Assembly (NCBI GenBank): GCA_021775615.1
Contig: JAJFHL010000308.1
Location: 298 to 64,297 of the forward strand
Length of the DNA stretch: 64,000 nt
Reading direction: 5' to 3'
From: Hyphomicrobiales bacterium
Lineage (GTDB): Bacteria > Pseudomonadota > Alphaproteobacteria > Rhizobiales > JAJFHB01
The notes under the pieces are model-generated. The model did not search any database, was not told the origin of the DNA, and was given only the letters and a program-made list of their open reading frames with translations. This document shows, piece by piece, positions 40,330 to 49,677 of this stretch. Positions within the stretch are counted from its first letter, which is position 1. Each line of letters starts with the position of its first letter. Both the position numbers and the translations under genes were made by a program.

Positions 40330-41124
40330 TCAGTCGGTCAGCTCGTCAATGAACTGCTCAACCCGGGCCCGCACCACCGGAACATCGAGCTCATTGTGTC
40401 CGGCGTTCGGTATCGCCATGAACTGTTTCGGCTCGAGGGCATCCTCATAGAGCTTCTTGCCCAGGGCAAACGGCACCACCTGATCGGTCTCGCCGTGAAT
40501 GACCAGCACCGGCGCGCCGACAAACTTGATGTGGTTGAGCGATTCGAAACGGTCCTTCATAAGCCACCGCGCCGGCAGATAGGGGTAGGTCTTCACCGCC
40601 ACGTCGACCGCGGAGGTGAACGGTGCTTCAAGGATCAGCGCGCGCACTTCGCGCTGGCTCGCGGTCTGCACCGCAACGGCGGAGCCCAGTGATTCGCCGA
40701 ACAGGATGATGCTCTCCCCCGGCACGCCGCGTTGCGCCAGTTGCTGATAGGCGGCAAGGCCATCGGCCACCAGGCCTTCTTCATGCGGCGATCCGGCGCT
40801 GCCGCCATAGCCCCGGTAGTTGAGGAACAAGAAGCCGTATCCCTTGGCGGCGATGTATTTCATGCGGTCGGCGCGCCATGCCACCGACCCGGCATTGCCG
40901 GGGAAATAGAGCACCGTCGGCTCGCCCGGCGCTGCCGCTTTGTACCAGGCGACGAGGTCAACCCCGTCACCGGAGGGAAACCAGATCTCATCCGCATCGA
41001 TCTGGACGATCTCCGGCGCGACGCGCTGGGCGTCGGGAAAATACATCATGCTGCGCTGGCGCAGATAGGCCGCCACGACCACGGCGACGTAAAGCCCCAC
41101 AATGGCAACTATGATACTGGTCAT
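40330..41124 (-). CDS. Alpha/beta hydrolase (ABHD13/BEM46-like)
   Basis: N-terminal TM; YFPGNAG, YRGYGGS, GESLG, HGETDQVVP and AGHN motifs. Confidence 0.92.
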   Translation of the reverse strand: MTSIIVAIVGLYVAVVVAAYLRQRSMMYFPDAQRVAPEIVQIDADEIWFPSGDGVDLVAWYKAAAPGEPTVLYFPGNAGSVAWRADRMKYIAAKGYGFLFLNYRGYGGSAGSPHEEGLVADGLAAYQQLAQRGVPGESIILFGESLGSAVAVQTASQREVRALILEAPFTSAVDVAVKTYPYLPARWLMKDRFESLNHIKFVGAPVLVIHGETDQVVPFALGKKLYEDALEPKQFMAIPNAGHNELDVPVVRARVEQFIDELTD

Positions 41125-41200
41125 ACGGCGCATTTCCCCTACCACTCGATTGCACCCGGCAGCATTGCGCAACACGCAACCCGGGTCAAACGGCTAGACC

Positions 41201-42043
41201 TTATGACGTCATCTGATAGACGTGCAGGTCGCGTTGCGGATAGGGGATCGAGATTTTCGCCTTGTCGAACGTTTCCTTGGCGCTGCGCGTCAAATCCCAG
41301 CTCAGTGACCAGAAGTCCTCCGTGGTTGCCCATGCTCTCAACGCGATGGTGACCGCGCTGTCGTCGAGCGATTTGACTATGACGGCGGGTGCCGGATCGG
41401 CAAGCACCCGTTCATCGCCGAGCGCCAGGTCATGCAGGGTCTTGAGCGCCTTTTCGATGTCGTCCTCATAGCCGATGCCGATGACCAGTTCGAGGCGGCG
41501 CGTCGGATGGCGCGAGTAATTTGTGATGACGCTGCTCCACAGCTGGCTGTTCGGGGCGCAGACGAACACGCCGTCCGAGGTCTTGAGCTGGGTGACGAAC
41601 AGACCGATTTCATCCACCGTCCCGCTGATACCGCCCGCATCGATGTAGTCGCCGACACTGAACGGCCGAAGCACCAGAACCATGATGCCGGCGGCAATAT
41701 TCGCGAGCGTGCCCTGCAGCGCCAGCCCGATGGCAAGACCGGCCGCGCCAAGGGCCGCGAGCATGCTGGTCGTTTGCACACCGAATTGCGCCAGCACCGT
41801 CACCAGCACAAGAATCTGGACGATGTATTTGACGACCTTGGCAATGAACAGGGTCAGCGTCTTGTCGAAGCGGTCAACCCGGCTCAGCGCATTGCGGACC
41901 CATCGCTGAATCAGGCCCGCCAGAATGAGGCCGACAACCAGCACAGCCAGCGCCGAGCCGATATTGACTGTATACTGGACGCCGAGCTCGGCCAGCTGCG
42001 TGGCCATTTCGGCATATTTTGGATCAAGCAGCTCCGTATCCAT
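41201..42043 (-). CDS. mscS: Small-conductance mechanosensitive channel
   Basis: LGAAGLAIGLALQGTLANIAAG, RPF.VGD.I and IPYPQRDLH motifs. Confidence 0.93.
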   Translation of the reverse strand: MDTELLDPKYAEMATQLAELGVQYTVNIGSALAVLVVGLILAGLIQRWVRNALSRVDRFDKTLTLFIAKVVKYIVQILVLVTVLAQFGVQTTSMLAALGAAGLAIGLALQGTLANIAAGIMVLVLRPFSVGDYIDAGGISGTVDEIGLFVTQLKTSDGVFVCAPNSQLWSSVITNYSRHPTRRLELVIGIGYEDDIEKALKTLHDLALGDERVLADPAPAVIVKSLDDSAVTIALRAWATTEDFWSLSWDLTRSAKETFDKAKISIPYPQRDLHVYQMTS

Positions 42044-42126
42044 CAGCCATTCTCCTCCCGATCAAAGCAAATCGGTTTGGACAATAGGCTGATTCGGCCG
42101 GCGCTTAGAACGCCGCGGAACCGCCT

Positions 42127-42378
42127 CTAAACAGGTTGCGCGTTGGTGGGATTTTCGGCCGGATGGTTGCGCCGTGCGGTCATCTCGCCATGCAGCTGGA
42201 TGATCGTGTCGCTCGCGGTGCGTTCGCACAGGAACGGCAGAATGGCATGGACAAAGGCAGCGCCGGCTGCCTTGGACAGGAGAAAGCCATAACGCGACGC
42301 CACGCCGAAGTGCTCCCAGTAGCTCTCGCCGACAGTGGCGGGGTGGTCCTCGAAGGCACGGACGATGGCTCTGATCAT
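42127..42378 (-). CDS. DUF6356-like small protein
   Basis: F.DHP..VGESYWEH...HAILPFL.ERTAS signature; divergent from the Lrp gene. Confidence 0.75.
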   Translation of the reverse strand: MIRAIVRAFEDHPATVGESYWEHFGVASRYGFLLSKAAGAAFVHAILPFLCERTASDTIIQLHGEMTARRNHPAENPTNAQPV

Positions 42379-42507
42379 GGTGGTCTCCTGTTCTGCGCGT
42401 TTCCGATATACATATATCCTTTCTCGTGGCGAATTTTGTCCTTCATTCGCAATTCAATTGCGGATATCATGGGAATTTATCCCACTGAAGATGCAGACAG
42501 CGGCGAA

Positions 42508-42966
42508 ATGGACCAGACAGACAAGAGAATACTGAAACTGCTGCAGGCCGATTGCGACCTGAGCCTCAACGAAATCTCCGAGCGGGTGAACTTGTCGCGC
42601 AATGCCTGCTGGAACCGGGTGCGCCAGCTTGAGGGGCAAGGCGTGATCAGGCGCCGGGTCGCGCTGCTCGACCGCGAGCAACTGAACCTTGATTTGACGG
42701 TGTTCATTGCGGTCCGCACCGACCAGCACGACGCGGCCTGGCTCGAAACCTTCCGCGCAGCGGTTCGGGACCTGCCCGAAATCCTCGCGATCTACCGCAC
42801 CACGGGCGAGACCGACTACATGATGCAGGCGGTCGTCCCCAACATGAAGGCCTATGACGCGCTCTACCAGCGCCTCATCGAAAAGGTCCAGTTGAGCGAC
42901 GTCAGCTCAAGCTTCGTCATGGAAGAAATCAAGCAGACCACCGAGCTGCCGCTCGGCTATGTCTGA
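42508..42966 (+). CDS. Lrp/AsnC family transcriptional regulator
   Basis: MDQTDKRILKLLQ..VNLS..ACWNRV..LE..GVI and SSSFVMEEIK.TTELP motifs; ATG at 42508. Confidence 0.94.
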   Translation: MDQTDKRILKLLQADCDLSLNEISERVNLSRNACWNRVRQLEGQGVIRRRVALLDREQLNLDLTVFIAVRTDQHDAAWLETFRAAVRDLPEILAIYRTTGETDYMMQAVVPNMKAYDALYQRLIEKVQLSDVSSSFVMEEIKQTTELPLGYV

Positions 42967-42978
42967 GGAACAGTCAGG

Positions 42979-43671
42979 TTAGCACGGCGCCCAGGCGAGA
43001 CCACCGGGCAGCGTGCAGCCGGCATAGTCAACATGCAGCACTCGTCGGTGCGTCGGTGTCTTGGCCGGTCCCGAGCGATGCACCGTTAGCCCACGCATTG
43101 CAACTACGTCGCCCGAATGCGCGAGACAGGGCGAACACTCCATGTCACTGATTGACATTCGTATTTCGCTTTTTGAGAGGCGTCCGCGCCGGAAGGATCC
43201 TCTGGCCACTTCAAGCGGTCCGTTGTCGAGGCCGCATTCATCGAGATGCAATCGCAACGCAACCATTTGCCCGAGGATTTCGGCCGGCGCCTCGACGTGA
43301 TGCACGCCGTGTTTCACCGTCCAGTTTCTGAAGCCGGAGACCTCGGCACGTTTGGCAACAGCGATGGCCCGATCCTGGTGCCAGGACAGGCCCCAGTTGC
43401 GCGCCGCGCTCTTGTCGAACGCAATCATCCTGACGGCCCATGCCGCCTTGCCAAGAAGGCCCGACGCGATCGACGTCAAAAGTCCATCTTTCGCAATCAA
43501 AGGAAGAATGTCGGAGGGAACGTCGTTGATCCGCGCGCCGCCGCGTGCATTGACAAGATCCGATGCAGTGTCCGCCAAGGAAGCACAAACACGCCCGTCA
43601 ACCGCGCCGGGCAACATACAGACGCCATCGCGCTCAAAGTCGAAAGAACACAGATACGAACCCGCTGGCAT
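42979..43671 (-). CDS. PhyH-like Fe(II)/2-oxoglutarate dioxygenase
   Basis: WHQD...RLHLD...NGPL.V..GS...HRS...RRVLH facial-triad pattern. Confidence 0.82.
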   Translation of the reverse strand: MPAGSYLCSFDFERDGVCMLPGAVDGRVCASLADTASDLVNARGGARINDVPSDILPLIAKDGLLTSIASGLLGKAAWAVRMIAFDKSAARNWGLSWHQDRAIAVAKRAEVSGFRNWTVKHGVHHVEAPAEILGQMVALRLHLDECGLDNGPLEVARGSFRRGRLSKSEIRMSISDMECSPCLAHSGDVVAMRGLTVHRSGPAKTPTHRRVLHVDYAGCTLPGGLAWAPC

Positions 43672-43678
43672 GCACTCT

Positions 43679-44587
43679 TTATAGACCGCCGGCGCCGCCC
43701 AGGTGGATGAAATTCACTTCCGGCGGACAGCCGAGGCGGAACGGTATCAGGCTGGTGCCGATGCCGTTCGAGACATAGAGATGACGGTCGCGCTCGACCA
43801 CATGGCCGGAAGTCCATTTCAACGGCGCCTTGCTCGAATTGGTCAGCGCACCGATACGAGGCAGCCTGATCTGGCCGCCATGGGTATGGCCCGCAACGGT
43901 GAGATAGGGACCGGACGGCACGTGGGTGAAACTTGCCGGATCGTGCGCCATGATGATGCCGGGCATGTCGGGATTGCTGCCGGCCAGAAGGTTCGACAGC
44001 ATCTGCGGACCGCGGCTTGTATCGGCGAGGCCGAACAGCGTGAAATCGCCCTTGTGCGTCGAGATCCGGTGCGCCCTGTTCTCCAGCACATTGATGCGCG
44101 CCGCGTCGAAGGCGCCGACAATGCGCTCACGGCCGTAATCGTAATCATGATTGCCAAGCACGGCATGGGTGCCGAGCGGCGCCTGCAGGCCTTCCAGGAT
44201 TGCCGCGATGACCGACGGCGGGATCCGGCCGCCGCCGAACGGCTGCATGTTGACATAGTCGCCAAGCAGCAGCACCAGATCGGGACGGCGCCCGTTGACC
44301 GTCTGGACAATCTTGACCAGCCGGTCCGCGTCGTCCGTGTGGCTGCCCAGATGCAGATCCGCCAGAACGGCGATGTGCAGGTTTTCCGGACGTTCGTCCC
44401 AGCCCGGAGGCGCCAGCGACACGGTCTTCCACGAGATCGGCGCGGCCTTGGCGAGCTGCGCCCATGCCCCCTTCAGTCCATAGGCATCGGTGAACGGAAC
44501 GGCGGGCATCAATGCCCGTTTGAGCCAGCCAGGCGAAAAGCTGATTGGCGGCTTCGGGAGGTGTTCGGCCCGCGCCGCCGGGTTCAT
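43679..44587 (-). CDS. Calcineurin-like metallophosphoesterase (YkuE/YaeI-like)
   Basis: ADLH, LLGDY, LGNHD, AHDP, GHTHGGQ and VSNGIG motifs; start uncertain. Confidence 0.9.
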   Translation of the reverse strand: MNPAARAEHLPKPPISFSPGWLKRALMPAVPFTDAYGLKGAWAQLAKAAPISWKTVSLAPPGWDERPENLHIAVLADLHLGSHTDDADRLVKIVQTVNGRRPDLVLLLGDYVNMQPFGGGRIPPSVIAAILEGLQAPLGTHAVLGNHDYDYGRERIVGAFDAARINVLENRAHRISTHKGDFTLFGLADTSRGPQMLSNLLAGSNPDMPGIIMAHDPASFTHVPSGPYLTVAGHTHGGQIRLPRIGALTNSSKAPLKWTSGHVVERDRHLYVSNGIGTSLIPFRLGCPPEVNFIHLGGAGGL

Positions 44588-44716
44588 GGATGTCAGCTTC
44601 ACGATAGTTCTCCCACTTCGAAAATCACGAGCCGCACTCAATTCACCCTCAAGAGACAGGTTTTTTTAGGCGTCAGTTCGGCCATAACGTGGCAGCCGCC
44701 GGGCGGTTTGATGATG

Positions 44717-44731
44717 GCAAACGTCGTGCCA
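44717..44731 (-). promoter_or_regulatory. Sigma-54 (-24/-12) promoter upstream of the metallophosphoesterase
   Basis: Minus strand reads TGGCACGACGTTTGC, an exact TGGCAC-N5-TTGC match, intergenic and correctly oriented. Confidence 0.65.
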
Positions 44732-44858
44732 TTTGCCAAAAAGTCTAGGATATCTGGGTAAACGTATCGTTTGCGCCGGGCGCTGACACGCACAAGCGTT
44801 GCCTTAATTCAGGCTAAAACCTCTCATTTGGGAGCGGGCCGGGGCCGGAGTCTGCGGC

Positions 44859-46259
44859 TTAAAGCGCCTTGATGATGTCTTCGACCATCTTCTTGGCGTC
44901 CGAGAAAAGCATCATCGTGTTGTCGCGGAAGAACAGTTCGTTCTCGACGCCGGCATAGCCTGATCCCATGCCGCGCTTGACGAACAGGACCGACGTTGCC
45001 CGTTCCACATCGAGGATGGGCATGCCGAAGATCGGGCTTTGCGGATCGGTCTTGGCGGCCGGATTGGTCACGTCGTTTGCACCGATCACGAAGGCCACGT
45101 CGGTCTGAGGAAATTCCGAATTGATGTCTTCCAGTTCGAAGACCTCGTCATAGGGCACGTTGGCCTCGGCGAGCAGCACGTTCATGTGGCCCGGCATGCG
45201 CCCCGCCACCGGGTGGATCGCGTAGGAGACCTTGACGCCTTCCTTCTTGAGCTCGTCCACCATTTCGCGCAGGGCATGCTGCGCCTGGGCAACCGCCATG
45301 CCGTAGCCCGGCACGATGATGACCGACCCCGCGTTCTTCATGATGAAGGCGGCATCGTCGGCGCTGCCCTGCTTCACCGGCCGGGTCTCGATCGCGCCGG
45401 CGGGGCCTGCCACCTCGCCGCCGAAGCCGCCGAGAATGACCGAGAAGAACGAGCGGTTCATCGCCTTGCACATGATGTAGGAGAGAATCGCGCCCGACGA
45501 TCCGACGAGTGCGCCGGTGATGATCAGGGCGGTGTTGCCCAACGTGAACCCGATGCCGGCCGCGGCCCAGCCCGAATAGGAGTTGAGCATGGAGACGACC
45601 ACCGGCATGTCGGCGCCGCCGATGGGAATGATGATGAGGACGCCGATCACGAAAGCCAGCAGCACCAGCAGGCCGAACGCCATGTGGCTTTCACTGGTGC
45701 AGAACCAGAAGATCAGGGCGACGAGGCCAAGGCCAAGCAGCAGATTGACGAAATGCTGGCCCGGGAACACCACGGGGGCGCCGGACACCAGGCCCTGCAG
45801 CTTGGTAAAGGCGACCACCGAGCCGGTGAACGTGATGGCGCCGATCGCCGCGCCCAGGGCCATCTCCACAAGGCTCGCCACATGGATCGAGCCGACCGAA
45901 CCGAGATCGAAGGCACCCGGCGCCAGCAGGGCCGCTGCGGCAACCAGCACCGCCGCCATGCCGACCAGACTGTGAAAGGCCGCCACAAGCTGCGGCATTG
46001 CGGTCATCGGGATGCGCCGGGCGATGACGGCACCGGCAACGCCGCCAATGGCAATTCCTGCAATCACCAGCACCCACGTGCCGGTCGACACCGGCTGTTG
46101 CACCAGCAACGTGGTGACAACGGCAATCACCATGCCCAGGATGCCGAGCGTGTTGCCGCGGCGCGAGCTCTCCGGCGACGACAGCCCGCGAAGCGCCATG
46201 ATGAACAGCACCCCGGAAAGCAGATACAAAAGAGCGGCGACGTTGGCGGAAATTGTCAC
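44859..46259 (-). CDS. pntB: NAD(P) transhydrogenase subunit beta
   Basis: IGGADMPVVVSMLNSYSGW, HPVAGRMPGHMNVLLAEA and GANDVTNPAA motifs. Confidence 0.98.
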   Translation of the reverse strand: MTISANVAALLYLLSGVLFIMALRGLSSPESSRRGNTLGILGMVIAVVTTLLVQQPVSTGTWVLVIAGIAIGGVAGAVIARRIPMTAMPQLVAAFHSLVGMAAVLVAAAALLAPGAFDLGSVGSIHVASLVEMALGAAIGAITFTGSVVAFTKLQGLVSGAPVVFPGQHFVNLLLGLGLVALIFWFCTSESHMAFGLLVLLAFVIGVLIIIPIGGADMPVVVSMLNSYSGWAAAGIGFTLGNTALIITGALVGSSGAILSYIMCKAMNRSFFSVILGGFGGEVAGPAGAIETRPVKQGSADDAAFIMKNAGSVIIVPGYGMAVAQAQHALREMVDELKKEGVKVSYAIHPVAGRMPGHMNVLLAEANVPYDEVFELEDINSEFPQTDVAFVIGANDVTNPAAKTDPQSPIFGMPILDVERATSVLFVKRGMGSGYAGVENELFFRDNTMMLFSDAKKMVEDIIKAL

Positions 46260-46264
46260 GGCGC

Positions 46265-46708
46265 TCAGCCCTTTTTCTTATACATGGCGAGCATGCGCTG
46301 GGTGACCAGGAACCCGCCGAATATGTTCACCGATGCCAGCACCAGCGCAAAGAAGCCGAGATATTTTGCCCACGGGCTGGCGCCCTCGACAATCTCTACC
46401 CCGACCGCAAGAAGGGCGCCGACGACGATCACCGAACTGATCGCATTGGTCACCGACATCAAGGGCGTGTGCAGGGCGGGCGTCACGCTCCAGACCACAT
46501 AGTAGCCGACGAAGATCGCCAGGACGAAGATCGCAAACCTGAAGACAAACGGATCGATGCCGCCGGGAACGCCGGTGAACTGGTTCACCGCTTCCGCCGC
46601 GACCACCGCGGCGTCGGCAAACGCCTGCGCCGCTTCCGATGCCTGCACCGCCTGCTCGGCGGCAAGTCTTGCCTGCTCGGCGGCTTCCTGAGCCGTAAGG
46701 GCAGCCAT
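46265..46708 (-). CDS. pntAB: NAD(P) transhydrogenase subunit alpha, part 2
   Basis: [18 protein letters not shown] and [13 protein letters not shown] motifs. Confidence 0.96.
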   Translation of the reverse strand: MAALTAQEAAEQARLAAEQAVQASEAAQAFADAAVVAAEAVNQFTGVPGGIDPFVFRFAIFVLAIFVGYYVVWSVTPALHTPLMSVTNAISSVIVVGALLAVGVEIVEGASPWAKYLGFFALVLASVNIFGGFLVTQRMLAMYKKKG

Positions 46709-46719
46709 TTACCCCTCCT

Positions 46720-47841
46720 TCACTGCAGCACGGGATGAACCATCTTACCATCACGGGTCAGAGCCGTGCCGGTAATGATTTCGTCCTCCCAGTCGATCGC
46801 AATCTGCTTCTTGTCCTTGTCGATCATGAGTTCGACGAAGTTGAGAAGGTTCTTTGAATAGAGCTGCGAGGCATTGCCAGCCAGCCCGCCCGCAAGATTG
46901 AGATCGCCGATGATCTTGACGCCGCGATGCACAACCGTCTTGCCCGGCTTCGAGAGCGGACAGTTGCCGCCACGCTCGACCGCCAGATCAACGATGATCG
47001 ATCCCGGCTTCATGCTCTCCACCATCTCCTGGGTGACGAGCACCGGCGCCGGCCGTCCCGGTATCAGCGCGGTGCAGATGACCATGTCCTGCTTCATGAT
47101 CGTCGCGGCCAGAAGTTCGGCCTGTTTGCGCTGGTAGCCTTCGCTCATTTCCTTGGCGTATCCGCCGGCCGTCTCGGCATCTTCTTCCGCCTCGACCATG
47201 ACGAACTTGGCGCCCAGGCTTTCGACCTGCTCGCCGGCGGCACGCCGCACATCGGTGGCGCTGACGATGGCGCCCAGCCGGCGCGCGGTGGCGATCGCCT
47301 GCAATCCGGCAACACCGGCGCCCATGACGAAGACCCGCGCCGGAGGCACCGTCCCCGCCGCCGTCATCATCATCGGCATGGCGCGGTTGAACGTCGCCGC
47401 CGCATCGATCACCGCCTTGTAACCGGCCAGGTTCGATTGCGATGACAGGACGTCCATGGACTGCGCCCGGCTGATGCGCGGCATCAGTTCCATGGCAAAC
47501 GCCGTGACCCCCTTGTCGGCGAACGGCTGGAATTCAGCGGCGTTGCCGTAAGGGTCCATGAGCGCCGCACACAGGGCACCCTTCTTGATCAGTTTGAGTT
47601 CTTCCGGCCCCGGCCGCGTCACCTTGAGCACGATGTCGGCGCTGCGCAGCACGGCGGTCGCGGTCTTTTCCACCGTCGCCCCGGCCGCCTTGAAGTCGGT
47701 GTCCGAAATGTCCGATCCGTCGCCGGCCCCCGACTGGACCACAACCTTGCAGCCCAGGCCGATGAATTTCTTGACGGTCTCCGGCGTTGCCGCAACCCGA
47801 GATTCGCTGGCAGCGGCTTCCGCGGGAACTCCGATCTTCAT
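46720..47841 (-). CDS. pntAA: NAD(P) transhydrogenase subunit alpha, part 1
   Basis: PRISRAQSMDVLSSQ, GAGVAGLQAI and GGYAKE motifs. Confidence 0.97.
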   Translation of the reverse strand: MKIGVPAEAAASESRVAATPETVKKFIGLGCKVVVQSGAGDGSDISDTDFKAAGATVEKTATAVLRSADIVLKVTRPGPEELKLIKKGALCAALMDPYGNAAEFQPFADKGVTAFAMELMPRISRAQSMDVLSSQSNLAGYKAVIDAAATFNRAMPMMMTAAGTVPPARVFVMGAGVAGLQAIATARRLGAIVSATDVRRAAGEQVESLGAKFVMVEAEEDAETAGGYAKEMSEGYQRKQAELLAATIMKQDMVICTALIPGRPAPVLVTQEMVESMKPGSIIVDLAVERGGNCPLSKPGKTVVHRGVKIIGDLNLAGGLAGNASQLYSKNLLNFVELMIDKDKKQIAIDWEDEIITGTALTRDGKMVHPVLQ

Positions 47842-47859
47842 GAAATGGCCTTGCGCTGA

Positions 47860-48141
47860 CTAGAACAGCGTAACGGTGAACAGGAAGTACAGGACGAAGA
47901 GTGCCCCGCACGGGATCCAGTTGCGCCCGCCTGTCATCAGGGTAAGCGTAACAGAGCCCAAACCGATGATAAGCCCGCCAACGGCGGCCAGCACGTTCCA
48001 GCTCTGTGCAAAGCCCACCGCAAGCAACGCAACGAGAATAAAACCGCAGGCGAGAAGCGTCGCCACGGTGAGCTTGATGAACAGCTCATAATCCTGCTTG
48101 TGCGGTCCAATTTCGTGAACCACCGGAGTGTCGTCAGCCAT
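47860..48141 (-). CDS. Small membrane protein, aa3-type cytochrome c oxidase subunit IV-like N-terminus
   Basis: H...YE.FI followed by a TM helix, then two more hydrophobic segments; typical position upstream of pntA. Confidence 0.55.
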   Translation of the reverse strand: MADDTPVVHEIGPHKQDYELFIKLTVATLLACGFILVALLAVGFAQSWNVLAAVGGLIIGLGSVTLTLMTGGRNWIPCGALFVLYFLFTVTLF

Positions 48142-48281
48142 CGCTAATTTCCCCTAACCGCATGTCCAATTCGCCTGAGAAATATAGCAAACCGTTTCAG
48201 CGGACAAGCGCCAGCATCCGCGACATGTTGCTACCGGGGTTTCGCGAAATCCATCGAGCATCCCAAATGCGGAACGGACCT

Positions 48282-49673
48282 TCAGGAAATGCGGTCCGGC
48301 AGCGGCACGCCGGCGGCGCCAAGCGCGGCGGCCTGGCGCGCCCGCACCGCCTCCAGGTCGAATTCCTCGATGGTCTCGTTGAACAGCTGGTAGAAATTCA
48401 GTTCGGCGCGCAGACGGATGAACACGCCGCCAAGGCCGATCGCGGCACGGTCCATGAAGACGAATTCGCGCGGCACCCGGACCGGCCCCTTCTCTTTGAG
48501 CGCCTGATGCACCATGAAGGCCTGCTTGCGGCCGTATTCGGCCGCGCTCACGCCATCCGCCAGCGCCCGCACCCGGTCCTCCAGCAAGGGCCCGTAAATG
48601 AACTGGGCCCAGATGTTCAGGATATCGATCAGCTCGTTGGTCAGATCACGGAAGCCCCAGGTCTCGTAGGCCGCCACGGTCCGGTCGCGGTCGTCGGTGC
48701 GGATGCCGTGATAGAGGTCGACCACACCGCCGACAAACTCCGCCGGAAACGTCCGGATACAGCCGAAATCCAGAAGGTTGAGGCCCGAAGGCGCACCATC
48801 CGCATCGCTGTGGACCGAGTAGTTTCCCAGGTGCGGATCGCCATGGATGACGCCAAAGCGGTTGAACGGCATCCACCAGGCCTGAAACATCGAGCGGGCC
48901 AGCAGGTTGCGCCCTTCAAGCCCGTGCCCGGTGAAATCCAGCATCGGCCGCCCTTCGAGCCAGGTCATGGTCAAAAGCCGGTTCGTCGAGAGGTCCGGCA
49001 CCACCTTGGGAACATCGATCTCCGGAATGTCCGAGAGCAGTTCGCTGTAAAGCGCCATGTGGCGCCCTTCCAGCCCGTAATCCAGTTCCTCGCGCAGGCG
49101 CGCGCCGATTTCGGTGGCGATCTCGCTCGGATCGATTGCCGGGTTCATCCGCTTGTAAATGGCGAATATCAGCTTCAGCTGGCTGAGGTCGGCCTCCACC
49201 GCGGACTGCATCTCGGGATATTGCAGCTTGCAGGCAAGATCGACGCCGTCGTGGGTCGTCGCGCGGTGCACCTGGCCAAGCGATGCCGCCGCGGCCGCTT
49301 CATGCTCGAACGTGGCAAATCTCGACTGCCAGTCGGGTCCCAGCTCGGCGGCCATGCGGCGGCGCACGAAGGGCCAGCCCATGGCCGGCGCCTGCGACTG
49401 CAGCTGCGCCAGTTCCTCGGCGTACTCGGGCGGCAGGGCGTCGGGGATCGTTGCCATCAGTTGGGCAACCTTCATCAGCGGCCCCTTGAGGCCGCCGAGC
49501 GCGAGGCGCAACTCGGATGCACCCTTGCCCTGTTCGCGCTCAAGGCCGAACAGGCGGCTGCCGGCGAACTTTGCCGCGACCGAGCCGACCCCGGTGCTCA
49601 CCTTCGCATAGCGTTTGATCCGGCCGGACAGCCGGTTCGCCTCACGGTCCTGTTTGTCTGTCCCCTCGGCCAC
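48282..49673 (-). CDS. AarF/ABC1/UbiB family kinase
   Basis: KGPLMKVAQ, AAASLGQVH, REELDY, HGDPH.GN and LLDFGC motifs. Confidence 0.95.
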   Translation of the reverse strand: MAEGTDKQDREANRLSGRIKRYAKVSTGVGSVAAKFAGSRLFGLEREQGKGASELRLALGGLKGPLMKVAQLMATIPDALPPEYAEELAQLQSQAPAMGWPFVRRRMAAELGPDWQSRFATFEHEAAAAASLGQVHRATTHDGVDLACKLQYPEMQSAVEADLSQLKLIFAIYKRMNPAIDPSEIATEIGARLREELDYGLEGRHMALYSELLSDIPEIDVPKVVPDLSTNRLLTMTWLEGRPMLDFTGHGLEGRNLLARSMFQAWWMPFNRFGVIHGDPHLGNYSVHSDADGAPSGLNLLDFGCIRTFPAEFVGGVVDLYHGIRTDDRDRTVAAYETWGFRDLTNELIDILNIWAQFIYGPLLEDRVRALADGVSAAEYGRKQAFMVHQALKEKGPVRVPREFVFMDRAAIGLGGVFIRLRAELNFYQLFNETIEEFDLEAVRARQAAALGAAGVPLPDRIS

Positions 49674-49677
49674 GGCG

